From positions 285,703 to 349,702 of the forward strand of contig CAWBWZ010000010.1 in assembly GCA_963792575.1 (NCBI GenBank): 64,000 nucleotides of DNA. The letters are read 5' to 3'. The notes below the pieces were generated by a model. The model ran no database searches. It was not told the origin of the DNA and saw only the letters and a program-made list of their open reading frames with translations. Made by a program: the position numbers and the translations under genes. The stretch is from an uncultured Acidobacteriota bacterium. Its GTDB lineage: Bacteria > Acidobacteriota > Thermoanaerobaculia > Multivoradales > UBA5704. This document shows positions 1 through 9,981 of this stretch, in pieces (the stretch's first letter is position 1; each line of letters starts with the position of its first letter).

Positions 1-599
1 CGCGGCACGGCCACGGCGGCCGGCGCTCGCGGCTCCTCCTCCCGCTTCGATTCCGGCAGCCATCTCCAGGCGGCCAGGGCGTTCAACGTGCAGAAAATGG
101 CGGCGAGGAAGCCCGGACCCGAGGCGCCGATATGCTTGGCGGCGAGAGATCCAAGGGCGGGGCCGATCATCACGCCCGCGTTGGTGGCGGCGCTGATCCA
201 GCCGAGCGCCTCGGCCCGTTTCTCCGGCGGCACGGAATCGCTGACATAGGCCTGGACGACCCCGGTGGTGCCCCCCCCGGCGCCCTGGATCAGCCGGAAG
301 ACGAACAGCAGGAGGATCGAGTTGGCGAGCCCGAAGAGGGCGAAGGCCACCGCCGACGAGGCCAGCCCCACCAGAAGCGCCGGCCGCCGGCCGTAGCGGT
401 CCGAGAAGCGCCCCCAGAACGGCGCCGACAGCAGTTGGGCGAGGGAGAACGCCGAGAGGATCATGGTGACCACGAGCGGCCGCGCTCCCAGGTTGGTGGC
501 GTAGAACGGCAGCAACGGCGTGACGAGGAGGAATCCGATCATGTCCACGAAGACGATGGCCATGAGGACCCAGAGCTGCTTGAGCGAGCTGGACTGCAT
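1..599 (-). CDS. MFS transporter, TetA/DHA1-like (partial, runs off window start)
   Basis: Manual translation MQSSSLKQLWVLMAIVFVDMIGFLLVTPLLPFYA...; MFS motif A (GRFSDRYGRRP) and RLIQG; not in ORF track because truncated. Confidence 0.85.
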   Translation of the reverse strand, partial: MQSSSLKQLWVLMAIVFVDMIGFLLVTPLLPFYATNLGARPLVVTMILSAFSLAQLLSAPFWGRFSDRYGRRPALLVGLASSAVAFALFGLANSILLLFVFRLIQGAGGGTTGVVQAYVSDSVPPEKRAEALGWISAATNAGVMIGPALGSLAAKHIGASGPGFLAAIFCTLNALAAWRWLPESKREEEPRAPAAVAVP

Positions 600-616
600 A
601 CGATTTTCCGGCGGGC

Positions 617-2260
617 CTATCTGGCTTCCCCCTGCCCCCAGAGCAGGAACGCCGCGGCGCTCGCGGCCATCAGGAGGACGCCGTAAGCCGCCGCCATCCC
701 GAGATCCTGGAGGCGCAGGCTCGAAAGGATCTCGATCGAGATGGGGCGGGTATCGAAGGTGTAGAGCACGATGGAGACGATGAAGTCGCCGAGCGCGGTG
801 ATGAAGGCGAGCCCGGCGCCGGCGGCGAGCGCCGGCCGCAGCAGCGGCAGCGTCACCCGGGCGAGCCGGCGCCAGCGCCCGGCCCCCAGCGAGGCCGCCG
901 CCTCTTCGAGCGCGGGGTCGAGCTGGCGCAGTCCCGCGAGCGCCGCCCGGCCGGTCAGCGGCAGATTGCGCACCAGGTAGGCGAGCGGCAGGATCCACGG
1001 GGTGCCGATCAGCACGAAACGGCCGATCCAGGGCTGGCGGACGCTGAAGGTGGTGGCGAGGGCGATGGCGAAGACGGTGCCCGGCACTGCCCAGGGGATG
1101 GCGATCATCCCTTCGAGCACTCCGCCCAGCCGGTCGCGGCGGACGGACGCCAGCCGGGCCGCGGCAAACCCGAGCGCCAGGGCGAGAGCGGTGGCGGCGA
1201 TCGCCATCCAGAGCGAGTTGACGATCGGCCGCAGATGCTCGCCTTGAGTGAACAGCGAGGTCCAGTTGCCGAAGTTGAGCACCGGCGGGAAGGGCTCGGC
1301 CGTCCAGGTGAAGGCCGGCACCAGGGAGACCAGCAGGAGCACGGCGTGCGGCAGGAGCAGGAGGATGGCGAGCAGCCAGCCGAAGAGGCCGGCGGCGCCG
1401 CGGGCGAGCGGGCTTCTCAAGGTCCGGCGGGCCGGAGCGATCCCCCGCACGCCGGTACCCACGGAGACCGCCCGGTCCGCGCGCCGCATCGCTCTCAGGC
1501 CCAGCAGGGCCAGCAGCGCCAGCATCACCGTCTCCACCTGGGCGAGGGCGAGCTCGCCGTTGAGCTTGGAGGCGACGATCTGGGTGGTCATCACCCGGAA
1601 GCCGCCGCCGAAGAGGTAGGGAGCGGAGAACGAGGCGAGCGCCGTCATGAAGGTGAGCAGCGCCGCCCCGGCGAGCGCCGGCCGCAGCAGCGGCAGGGTC
1701 ACCCGGAAGAGGGTCCGCCAGCGGCTGGCCCCCAGCGAGGCCGCGGCCTCCAGCAGCGCCGCGTCGAGCCGGGCGAGGCCGGCGCGCGTGAAGAGATAGA
1801 AGTAGACGTACATCGAGTAGGCGTGCACCAGCAGGATCGCCCCCGGCCCCACCAGCCGCCAGGGGGGCTCGTTCAGCCGCAGCAGCGCCTGCACCGCCCG
1901 CGAGGCGAAGCCGCTCTCGCCATAGAGGAAGAGGAAGGCGATCACTCCCACCAGGGGCGGCAGGGCGACCGGCAGGGCCACGATCGCCCCCAGGATCCGC
2001 CGGCCGGGGAAGTCGGTGCGCTCGAAGAGGAAGGCGAGCGGCACTCCCACCAGCGCCGCGAGCCCCACCGAGGCGGTCGAGATCCACAGGCTGCGCCAGA
2101 GCGCCAGCCATTCGTCGCGGCGGCTGAAGAACTCGGCGAAGTAGCTGAGCGTCCACGCCTTCGGCCCGCCGAGCGACTCCATCAGCGTGATCAGCAGCGG
2201 ATAGCCCACCAGCCAGGCGAGCAGGGCCACGATGGCGAGGGCTGGGAGGCGGGCTTTCAC
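617..2260 (-). CDS. Fe3+/thiamine-type ABC transporter permease (FbpB-like, duplicated TM domain)
   Basis: Two EAA motifs (LEAAASLGA, EEAAASLGA), many TM segments, operon with ATPase and binding protein. Confidence 0.9.
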   Translation of the reverse strand: MKARLPALAIVALLAWLVGYPLLITLMESLGGPKAWTLSYFAEFFSRRDEWLALWRSLWISTASVGLAALVGVPLAFLFERTDFPGRRILGAIVALPVALPPLVGVIAFLFLYGESGFASRAVQALLRLNEPPWRLVGPGAILLVHAYSMYVYFYLFTRAGLARLDAALLEAAASLGASRWRTLFRVTLPLLRPALAGAALLTFMTALASFSAPYLFGGGFRVMTTQIVASKLNGELALAQVETVMLALLALLGLRAMRRADRAVSVGTGVRGIAPARRTLRSPLARGAAGLFGWLLAILLLLPHAVLLLVSLVPAFTWTAEPFPPVLNFGNWTSLFTQGEHLRPIVNSLWMAIAATALALALGFAAARLASVRRDRLGGVLEGMIAIPWAVPGTVFAIALATTFSVRQPWIGRFVLIGTPWILPLAYLVRNLPLTGRAALAGLRQLDPALEEAAASLGAGRWRRLARVTLPLLRPALAAGAGLAFITALGDFIVSIVLYTFDTRPISIEILSSLRLQDLGMAAAYGVLLMAASAAAFLLWGQGEAR

Positions 2261-2329
2261 GGCGTTCCCTTCTACGCCGCCGGCGAGGTCAAGGTTCTGG
2301 CCTTCCCGTAAAGCGCCCGTAAATCTTTC

Positions 2330-3415
2330 TCAACGGCTTCTCCGGAAAATCCGCGGCGCCGGGCCTCGGGGCTCAGGCGCCACCCGCACCGCATCCCCCA
2401 CCGCCGCCGCTCCCGGCGGCGCGAGCACCTCCAGCTCTCCTCCCGCCGCCAGGGCCACCTGGTAATAGGTCACCGGGCCGGCGTAGCGCCGCTCGGTGAC
2501 CCGGCCGGAGAGCGCTCGCGGATCGCTGCCGGCCACGAACGCCAGCGACTCGGGGCGGACGACGAGATCCACCTCCTCGCCGGGGCTTGAATCCTCCGCC
2601 TCGGGGGAGCGGACAGCGGACCAGCGCACCGGGCCGGCCGACCCGCCGCCGAGAGCGGGGTGAGGCACCCAGACGGCGCCGTCCCCTTCGAGCACGCCGG
2701 GGAGCACGCTCGCCCGCCCCACGAAGGTGGCGACGAAACGGGTGTCCGGCCGCTCGTAGAGGTCCTCTGGCGCTCCCACCTGGTGGAGCACCCCGCCGTG
2801 GAGCACCGCGACCCGGTCGCCCAGGTGGAAGGCTTCCTCCTGCTCGTGGGTGACGAGCACGGTGGTGATGCCCACCCGCCGGATCGCCGCCCGGAGCTCG
2901 CGGCGGGTGCGCTCGCGCAGGGTCGGATCGAGGTTCGAGAGCGGCTCGTCGAGCAGCAGCACCCGCGGCTCGGGAGCCAGGGCGCGGGCGAGCGCCACCC
3001 GCTGCTGCTGGCCGCCCGAGATCTCCCCCACCCGCCGGTTCTCGAAGCCGGGGAGGTCGACCAGGGCGAGCGCCTCGGCGATCCGGCGAATCGGCCGTCT
3101 TCTTTTTTGCCGGCGAGGCCGAAGGCGACGTTCTCGCCCACCGTGAGATGGGGAAAGAGAGCGTAGTGCTGGAAGACCATGCCGAAGTGGCGGCGCTCGG
3201 GAGGGAGGGCGGTGACGTCGCTCTCCTCGACCAGGATGCGTCCGCGGTCCGGGGTCTCGAACCCGGCGATCAGCCGCAGGGCGGTGGTCTTGCCGCTGCC
3301 CGAGGGGCCGAGGAGGGCGATGATCTCCCCCTTCTCCACGGCGAGCGACAAGCTCCCTCAGAACCGATTGGGCGCCGAAGCTCTTGTCGAGCCGGTCGAG
3401 GACGAGGAAGGGCAT
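2330..3415 (-). CDS. ABC transporter ATP-binding protein (FbpC/PotA-like), split by apparent frameshifts
   Basis: Walker A GPSGSGKT in one frame (ORF 2470..3351); signature ISGGQQQRV and Walker B LLLDEP in another; C-terminal TOBE-like region. Confidence 0.88.
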   Translation of the reverse strand: MPFLVLDRLDKSFGAQSVLRELVARRGEGGDHRPPRPLGQRQDHRPAADRRVRDPGPRTHPGRGERRHRPPSRAPPLRHGLPALRSLSPSHGGRERRLRPRRQKRRRPIRRIAEALALVDLPGFENRRVGEISGGQQQRVALARALAPEPRVLLLDEPLSNLDPTLRERTRRELRAAIRRVGITTVLVTHEQEEAFHLGDRVAVLHGGVLHQVGAPEDLYERPDTRFVATFVGRASVLPGVLEGDGAVWVPHPALGGGSAGPVRWSAVRSPEAEDSSPGEEVDLVVRPESLAFVAGSDPRALSGRVTERRYAGPVTYYQVALAAGGELEVLAPPGAAAVGDAVRVAPEPRGPAPRIFRRSR

Positions 3416-3431
3416 GGTCAGAGAGCGATTT

Positions 3432-3673
3432 CGTAGGGGCGGGGCTTGTCCCCGCCCTCGCCCTGTAAGGGCGAAATTTGAATAGCCTGGGGTTTCAACC
3501 CCAGGTAGGGAGCCCCCCGAAAATCAAACCCTGTAAGGGTGGCCGATTCCGGCCTGACAGGCCACCCCTGCGGGGTTTGGGGTTGGTTGGGCCGACCCAC
3601 CTGGGGTTGAAACCCCAGGCTATTCAAATTTCGCCCCTGCGGGGCGAGGGCGGGGACAAGCCCCGCCCCTACG
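3432..3673. repeat. Composite REP/REPIN-like palindromic element
   Basis: Outer arms CGTAGGGGCGGGGCTTGTCCCCGCCCTCGCCC / GGGCGAGGGCGGGGACAAGCCCCGCCCCTACG; inner arms GGGCGAAATTTGAATAGCCTGGGGTTTCAACCCCAGGT / ACCTGGGGTTGAAACCCCAGGCTATTCAAATTTCGCCC. Confidence 0.85.
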
Positions 3674-3726
3674 TTCCATCCGGCCGGACTGATGGGGGTT
3701 GCGAGCATAGATCCACTGGCAAACGG

Positions 3727-4752
3727 TTACGGGGCAGACGCGCCGTGGCTGCGCACCTTGCGATCCCAGTCGGTCATCCACGGCTGGCCGTTTCTGGCGA
3801 TCATCTCCCAGTCGACGTCGGCCGGAACGAGATCCCGCAGCACCTCCCGCGCCCATTGCGGCAGGCGCTCGGCAGGGATGTCGGTGCGCGCCGGCAGGCG
3901 GAAGGCCTCGCGGGCCGCGAGCTCCTGCGCCTCGACGCTCCCCACGTACTCGATGAACGCCTTCGCCTCGGCCGGGTGCTTCGCCCCCTTGACCAGGCCG
4001 ACCGAGTCGTCGATCACCGGCGTGCCGCTGGTCGCGAAGCGGTAGCCGAGCGGGGCGCCGCGCTTCGCCTGCCAGAGCATGTCGGTGAGCTCCCAGACGG
4101 TGATCAGCCCCTCCTTGCGGTTGAGCTTCTCCATCAGCAGCGCGGGGTTCTGCACGTACTCCTTGGTCTGGGCGTCGAAGCGGCGGAGCCACTCCCAGCC
4201 GCGGTCGGGGCTGCCGGTCTCCTTCACCGAGCGGGACAGGATCATGCCGAAGAGCGTGCGCATGGTGCCGCTCGCCAGCGGATCGCGGATCAGGATCTTC
4301 CCCTTCCAGCGCGGATCGAGGAGGTCGTCCCAATCGGCCGGGGCCTCGTCGCGCTTCACCGCCTGCGAGTTGTAGACCAGCACCGGCGCGGTGCGGTAGG
4401 AGCCGAAGTAGAGATCGCCGGCGGCGCGGCTGGTCGCCGGCACGGCATCGGCCCAGCCCGGACGGAAGGGGGCCAGGAGCCCCTCGGAGGCGCCGCGGGC
4501 GAAGATCGTCTGCGGCCCGCCGAACCAGATGTCCGCCTGCGGGTTGGCGGCCTCGGAGCGGACCCGGTCGTAGACCTCCTGCGAGCCCATGTCGAGCCAG
4601 CGGACGTCGATGTCCGGGTGCTTCGCCTCGAAGCTCTTCTCCATCAGCGTCAGGAGGTCGCGCCCATGGGGCGAGTAGACGACCAGCGGCTTGCGGCCGT
4701 CGCCGCAGCTCGCGGCGAGGAGGGCGAGGGCGAGCAGGCAGATCTTTTTCAT
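3727..4752 (-). CDS. ABC transporter substrate-binding lipoprotein (Fe3+/SBP_bac_6-like)
   Basis: Lipobox LAASC; ADIWFGG, WDDLLDPRWKGK and DPLASGT motifs. Confidence 0.88.
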   Translation of the reverse strand: MKKICLLALALLAASCGDGRKPLVVYSPHGRDLLTLMEKSFEAKHPDIDVRWLDMGSQEVYDRVRSEAANPQADIWFGGPQTIFARGASEGLLAPFRPGWADAVPATSRAAGDLYFGSYRTAPVLVYNSQAVKRDEAPADWDDLLDPRWKGKILIRDPLASGTMRTLFGMILSRSVKETGSPDRGWEWLRRFDAQTKEYVQNPALLMEKLNRKEGLITVWELTDMLWQAKRGAPLGYRFATSGTPVIDDSVGLVKGAKHPAEAKAFIEYVGSVEAQELAAREAFRLPARTDIPAERLPQWAREVLRDLVPADVDWEMIARNGQPWMTDWDRKVRSHGASAP

Positions 4753-4770
4753 GGTTTTTGGGATCTTATC

Positions 4771-7380
4771 TCAGGGGCTCCCCTTGAGCCCCAGCAGGTT
4801 GGCGAACAGCCGGTAGGCTCCCGGCACCCCGGCCGGGAGCTGGCGGAAGATGGCGAGCCCGGTGTAGACGTAGACGCCCTTGCCGTAGCCGGCCACCAGC
4901 AGGCTGCCCTGGAGGTCCGGGGTGTCGGGATCCTTCATCGAGAGCAGTGGCTTGAAGGCCGGGTCCCAGGCATGGGCGAAGTAAAGCCCCCGCTCCTGGA
5001 TCCACCCCTCCCAGTCCGCGGCGCCGATCTTGTTGGGCGTGTTGAAGACCGGGCTCGCCGGATCGAGGAGCGTCACCGGCGCCGTCTCGTCCGTCACCCG
5101 GTCGGCTTGCCGGGCCAGCTCGAGCGGATACGGAGCGTACTTCCCATCGAAGTACGCGGCCTGCTGGTACTGGACGATCACCAGCCCGCCGTTATGGGCG
5201 TAGTCGAGCAGCCGGCGGTTGGCGCGCAGGAGGGCCGGGGTGGTCTCGTAGGCGCGGCTGCCGATCACGATCGCTTCGTAGCGCCCGAGATCCGCCGATT
5301 GCAGCTGTTCGGGGCCCAGCATCTCGATCGGCACCCCGACCTGGCGCAGGAATTCAGGAACGCGGTCCGAAGCGCCGCGCACGTAGCCGACCCGCTTCAG
5401 CGCCGGCAGGCGGAGGTCGGCGGTCCGCACCGCCACCTCGGCGGCCACCGGCCGGGGGGTCGGGCGGATGTGGGGGTAGTCGACCACTGGCACGGCGAGG
5501 TCGAACCGGCGGCCATCCTCCAGCACCGCCGCGAGCCGCAGAGCGGTGCGTCCGGGTTTGAGCTCCTTCGGCGGCTTGAGGGTCAATTCGAGCTCGAGCG
5601 GCTCGTTCGCCCCCTCCAGGGTGAACGGCTGGGGCGCGATGGTAAACCCAGTCCCCTCCGCGCTGGCTTCGAGCCGGCCGCGCAACGGCGACGTGCCGTG
5701 CGAGGTGAGCGTCACCTTGAGCCGCCGGGGCTCGCGGCTCTGGACCGGCCAGACCTCGAGGCTCTCGGCCGCCGCCACCTCCATCTCGGGCACGATCCGC
5801 AGCGGCCGGCGCACCTCGCCCAGCGCCTGGTCCCGGTGCAAATGGACCACCTCGCGCTCCAGGGTGACCGGCACGCCATCCAGGGTGAAGCTGATCTGGG
5901 CGGTGAGCGGCGGCGGCCCGAACGGCTCTCCACGCTCCGACGGCAGGGCCGCAGACCAGTCGTAGAGCGCCCCGGTTAGCGGCTTGCGCAGGAAGTAGGG
6001 GATCGTCGGCGGCGCCTCGGCCGGCACGGCGGGCTTGAGCTCCCAGGTGCCGAGCGCGCCCGCCGCCAGGTCCTTGCTCTCGCCGTGGAGGACCTCGCCG
6101 CCCTCCGGCAGCAACGAGACCGCCGCCCCGGAGACCGCGTGCGCGCCGCCGTTCCAGAGCGAGACCTGGACAGTAAAGGTCTCCCCCGCCGTCAGCTCCT
6201 CCTCGGCGGTGGTGGCGTCGAGCGCGAGGCCGGCCGCGGCGGCGAGACCCGCCGCGGCGACGTCGATCTTCTCGTCGAGCAGATCGCGGACCGGGCGGTC
6301 CTCCGCCGCGAGCGCCGCGCGCGCCGCCTGGAGATCCTTCAGGATGTCGAGGAAGGCTGGCACCGCCGCGTCGAGGTGCGCCGGGTTGAGAGCGCTCCGC
6401 GTCTTCTCGGCCGTCGCCTGCACCGCGTCGAGGCGCTCCTGGACGCGCTTCCGGCGGCCGTCGTCGGCGACCGTCGCCGCCAGCGAGGAGAGGCGGGTGT
6501 CGATGCCGTCGAAGAGGCTCTTCGCCTCCTTGCCCTTGCCCCCCTGCACCCAGGCGACCCGGGTCTGCTGGGGTCCGAGGCGCTGGATCTGCCCCATGTC
6601 CTGCGAGCGGTGCATGCTGCGGCTCGCCATCGCGAGCTGGAAGATCGATTTGCCCGCCAGCGGGTCGATGCCGCCGGTCGGCAGGGTCATCGTGCTGGCG
6701 TTGGGATCGAAGTAGGTCGAGCGGTAGAGCGCCTGGGGGGTCCACGGCGGGAGCCCCTCGGTGGTGAGCTGCGGCAGGGCGTTGGGATCTCCCGCCAGGG
6801 GGAAGGCGGCGTAGGCGGTCACCCCGGCGGCCTGGTGCTGTCCGTGGTTGGGGTGGGGGACGCCCGGGAAGACCGAGACCACCACCTGCGGCTTGAAGCG
6901 GCGGATCACCCGCACGGCGTCCTCCACCAGCACGTCCTTCGGCCAGAGGCGGAGGGTCTCTTCGAGCGAGCGGGTGTAGCCGAAATCGTAGGCGCGGGAG
7001 AAGAACTGCCGGCCGCCGTCGACCGCGCGGGCCGCCAGCAGCTCGCGGGTGCGCAGCAGCCCGAGCGCCACCCCCAGCTCCGGACCGATGACGTTCTGCC
7101 CCCCCTCGCCGCGGCTGAGCGACAGGTAGGCGGCCTCGCCGCCGAGGCCGCGCGAGACGAAGCCGATCAGCGACGTGTCCTCGTCGTCCGGGTGGGCGCC
7201 GATCACCAGCAGCCGCTGGTTCGCCGACAGCTTGGCGAGCGCCCGGTCGACCGCCGGCAGTCCGCCCGCGGCGGCCGGCTCCAGCGGGTTCGGCACCGGG
7301 GCGACCTGCGCCGCGGCGGGCAGCAGCCAGAGAAGGAAAAGGAGGAAGATGGGGAACGGCTTCGCGAATCGTCGCGTCAT
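4771..7380 (-). CDS. Secreted PIG-L/LmbE family deacetylase with Ig-like middle and GATase-like C-terminal domains
   Basis: Signal peptide from MTRRFAKP; AHPDDED metal motif, HGQH, LSRGEGGQN. Confidence 0.88.
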   Translation of the reverse strand: MTRRFAKPFPIFLLFLLWLLPAAAQVAPVPNPLEPAAAGGLPAVDRALAKLSANQRLLVIGAHPDDEDTSLIGFVSRGLGGEAAYLSLSRGEGGQNVIGPELGVALGLLRTRELLAARAVDGGRQFFSRAYDFGYTRSLEETLRLWPKDVLVEDAVRVIRRFKPQVVVSVFPGVPHPNHGQHQAAGVTAYAAFPLAGDPNALPQLTTEGLPPWTPQALYRSTYFDPNASTMTLPTGGIDPLAGKSIFQLAMASRSMHRSQDMGQIQRLGPQQTRVAWVQGGKGKEAKSLFDGIDTRLSSLAATVADDGRRKRVQERLDAVQATAEKTRSALNPAHLDAAVPAFLDILKDLQAARAALAAEDRPVRDLLDEKIDVAAAGLAAAAGLALDATTAEEELTAGETFTVQVSLWNGGAHAVSGAAVSLLPEGGEVLHGESKDLAAGALGTWELKPAVPAEAPPTIPYFLRKPLTGALYDWSAALPSERGEPFGPPPLTAQISFTLDGVPVTLEREVVHLHRDQALGEVRRPLRIVPEMEVAAAESLEVWPVQSREPRRLKVTLTSHGTSPLRGRLEASAEGTGFTIAPQPFTLEGANEPLELELTLKPPKELKPGRTALRLAAVLEDGRRFDLAVPVVDYPHIRPTPRPVAAEVAVRTADLRLPALKRVGYVRGASDRVPEFLRQVGVPIEMLGPEQLQSADLGRYEAIVIGSRAYETTPALLRANRRLLDYAHNGGLVIVQYQQAAYFDGKYAPYPLELARQADRVTDETAPVTLLDPASPVFNTPNKIGAADWEGWIQERGLYFAHAWDPAFKPLLSMKDPDTPDLQGSLLVAGYGKGVYVYTGLAIFRQLPAGVPGAYRLFANLLGLKGSP

Positions 7381-7591
7381 CGTGTCGGGCTCCGGAGAAG
7401 CGAGCCGGCCGGCTGGCCGGACCGCCGGGCAGTCTAGCACCGGGCGGAAAGAAGCTTCCTAGACACTCCCCGCCGGGCCTGCGTACTACTTGTTGGAACA
7501 CGGCAACAGACCGGCTTCGAAGCCCAACACGCGCGGCAGCCCGGGATTCCGCGCAGATCGAATCGATGAAGTTATCGAAGGAGCAACCATC

Positions 7592-9072
7592 ATGATTTCT
7601 TCTGTCAGTCGTCTAGCTTCAACGCTGCTGCTCGCGCTGGCCCTGCCCGCCGCGGTCCAGGCGGCGGTCTACACCCCCACCAAGGGGACCGACACCAACG
7701 ACGGCGCCTGCGACGCCGACTGCTCGCTGCGCGAGGCGATCGGCGCGGCGAACCAGCACCCCGGCGAGGACGCCGTCCTGCTGCGCGCCGGAACCTACAC
7801 CCTCTCCGCTCCCGGTCCCGCCACCGGCAATCTCGAGATCCAGGGCAACCTCGTCCTGATCGGCGACGGCGCCGAGCGCACCATCATCGACGGCGGCGGC
7901 GTCGACGGGATCTTCTACATCCCGGGCGGCGTGACGGTACAGATCCAGGACGTGACGCTGCGCAACGGCCGGTCGCCCGGAGCGGGCGGCGCGATCCGCA
8001 ACAGCGGCGACCTCACGCTCCTGCGCACGATCCTCACCGGCAACGCCAGCGTCGCGGGAGCCGCCGGCGCCGGTCTCGGCGGCGCCATCGTCACCGACGG
8101 CCACGACGCCTCGCTCACCATCCGCGACAGCACGATCGCGAACAACACCGCCCAGAGCGCCGGCGGCGGCATCGCCGCCGGGGGGACCTGACCCTCGCCA
8201 ACGTCACGATCTCGGGCAACCGCTCCACGGCCGACTTCGGCGGCGGCCTCTATCTGTTCTCCGACGTCCGCGCGACGGCGAACAACATCACCGTCGTCGG
8301 CAATACCGCGGCGTTGAAGGGGGGCGGTCTGTTCGTCGAGAACTCCGCCTTCATCGGGATCTCGCCCAGGATCACCAACTCCCTGTTCTTCAACTCCGGC
8401 TCGGATCCGGACTGCTCCGGCGCCATCGACTCCGCCTACAACCTGATCAGCAACAACATGGGGTGCTTCGGCCCCTCGGCGGCCAATCACGACAAGGTGG
8501 GCACGCCGGCCTCGCCGCTCCTCGCCAGGACCGGCGCCCTCGCCAATTACGGCGGCCCGACGCCGACGATCCAGCTCGTCGCTGGCAGCCCGGCGATCGA
8601 CGCCGGCAACCCCGCCGCGCCCGGCTCGGGCAACGGCGCCTGCGAGGCCACCGATCAGCGTGGGGTCAGGCGGCCCGGCGGCACCACCTGCGACATCGGA
8701 GCCTTCGAGGTGACGACCGATTGCGTGGCCGGCGGCAACACTCTCTGTCTCGCCGGTGGCCGCTTCCGGGTGACCGCCAACTGGCAGACGTCGACCGCCA
8801 GCGGCAGCGGCACGGCGGTGACCCTGACGCCGGACAGCGGCTACTTCTGGTTCTTCGATCCAGGCAACGTGGAGGTGGTCGTCAAGGTTCTGAACGGCTG
8901 CGGGATCAACAGCCGCTACTGGCTCTTCGCGGCCGGCCTGACCAACGTCCGCGTCGACCTGACGGTGACCGATACCCGGACGGGCCAGACCAAGATCTAT
9001 GTCAACCCGCTGGGCCGGACCTACGTCAGCATCCTCGATACGAACGCTTTCAATACCTGCTCCGCCAACTAG
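7592..9072 (+). CDS. Secreted CSLREA-domain / beta-helix protein with lineage-typical C-terminal domain (one frameshift near 8185)
   Basis: Signal peptide; CDADCSLREAI motif; GGAI beta-helix repeats; choice-of-anchor Q-like SPAIDAG...DQRG...CDIGAFE; frame change at G run 8180-8186. Confidence 0.82.
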
Positions 9073-9087
9073 GAGCGGGCCTCTGAT

Positions 9088-9129
9088 CGAGGCGGCGCGG
9101 TCCGGAGAACCCGGGCCGCGCCGCCTCGC
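9088..9129. terminator. Hairpin between convergent genes (probable bidirectional terminator)
   Basis: GAGGCGGCGCGG...CCGCGCCGCCTC inverted repeat. Confidence 0.55.
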
Positions 9130-9130
9130 C

Positions 9131-9895
9131 TCACTTTTGCACTTTGAAGTTGACCGTCAGCACGTAATAGACCGCCACCGGCTTGCCGTCCAGCTTCGCG
9201 GGCTCGAAGCGCCACTGTCGCAGGGTATCGAGGGCGACATACTTCAGCGCCGGGCCGCCCCCATGGGCGTCGAGGACCACGGGCTGGCGGGGCCGGCCGT
9301 CGCTCCCGATGATCGACGAAACGACGACCGCTCCTCCCGATTCCAGCAGGCGCAAGGCCTTGGGATAGTCCGGCTTCGGCTGGCGAATGATCCGGGGGGG
9401 CGCGATGTTCTTGCCGCGCGGATTCAATACGACCTCCCCCTCTCCTCCCGGCCGCAGCGCTGGATCGCTGTCGAACCCGACGGTCCGCAGGGTCCGCTTG
9501 CGGAGCTCGGCCGCCGCCGGACCGTAGGGCGCCACGCTGGTCTTCGCGATGTCCGGAAAGAGATTGAGCGCGCTGTCCCAGAGCCATTCCGCGTCGTCCT
9601 GATGCCCGAGCCCCGCTTCCGCGATGGCCCGGAAGACGGCGGCAACCGCCAAGCTGTAGGCCGGCGACTCCCCCGTGCCGGCCAGATCGACGATCTCATC
9701 GCCGGCCTTCCGGCCCCGCTTCGCGGCCGCTTCCCACTGCTGCGCCCGAAGCTTCTGGTCGGTCTCCCTGAGGCCCGCGAGCCACTTGTCCACCAACGGC
9801 TGCCCCTGGGAGAAGAGCGGCAGGACGCTCGCCAGGAAAAGAACGGAAGCTGTGAGTCTGGAAACAAACTTCAGCGGCATGGCGGCCTCCATCAA
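9131..9895 (-). CDS. TonB C-terminal domain protein with helical N-terminal region
   Basis: PDYPKALR...GAVVVSSIIGSDG...QWRFEPAKLDGKPVAVYYVLTVNF TonB_C signature; signal peptide. Confidence 0.8.
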   Translation of the reverse strand: MMEAAMPLKFVSRLTASVLFLASVLPLFSQGQPLVDKWLAGLRETDQKLRAQQWEAAAKRGRKAGDEIVDLAGTGESPAYSLAVAAVFRAIAEAGLGHQDDAEWLWDSALNLFPDIAKTSVAPYGPAAAELRKRTLRTVGFDSDPALRPGGEGEVVLNPRGKNIAPPRIIRQPKPDYPKALRLLESGGAVVVSSIIGSDGRPRQPVVLDAHGGGPALKYVALDTLRQWRFEPAKLDGKPVAVYYVLTVNFKVQK

Positions 9896-9981
9896 TATGT
9901 TTCGATCTCATAATACTATCAGAGCCCATCCTCCCGATTCCGATCCGCCCCCCTTGCCAGTTGCGGTATCCTGACTGTGTT

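Noticed and set aside
3418-3708. 96-aa ORF between ABC genes
   Set aside because: Translation of the palindromic REP element
3478-5979. Long antisense/alternate-frame ORFs (e.g. 3478..5979, 21751..23832, 28635..30989, 50506..52539)
   Set aside because: Shadow ORFs of real genes in high-GC DNA; Arg/Gly/Pro-rich with no motifs
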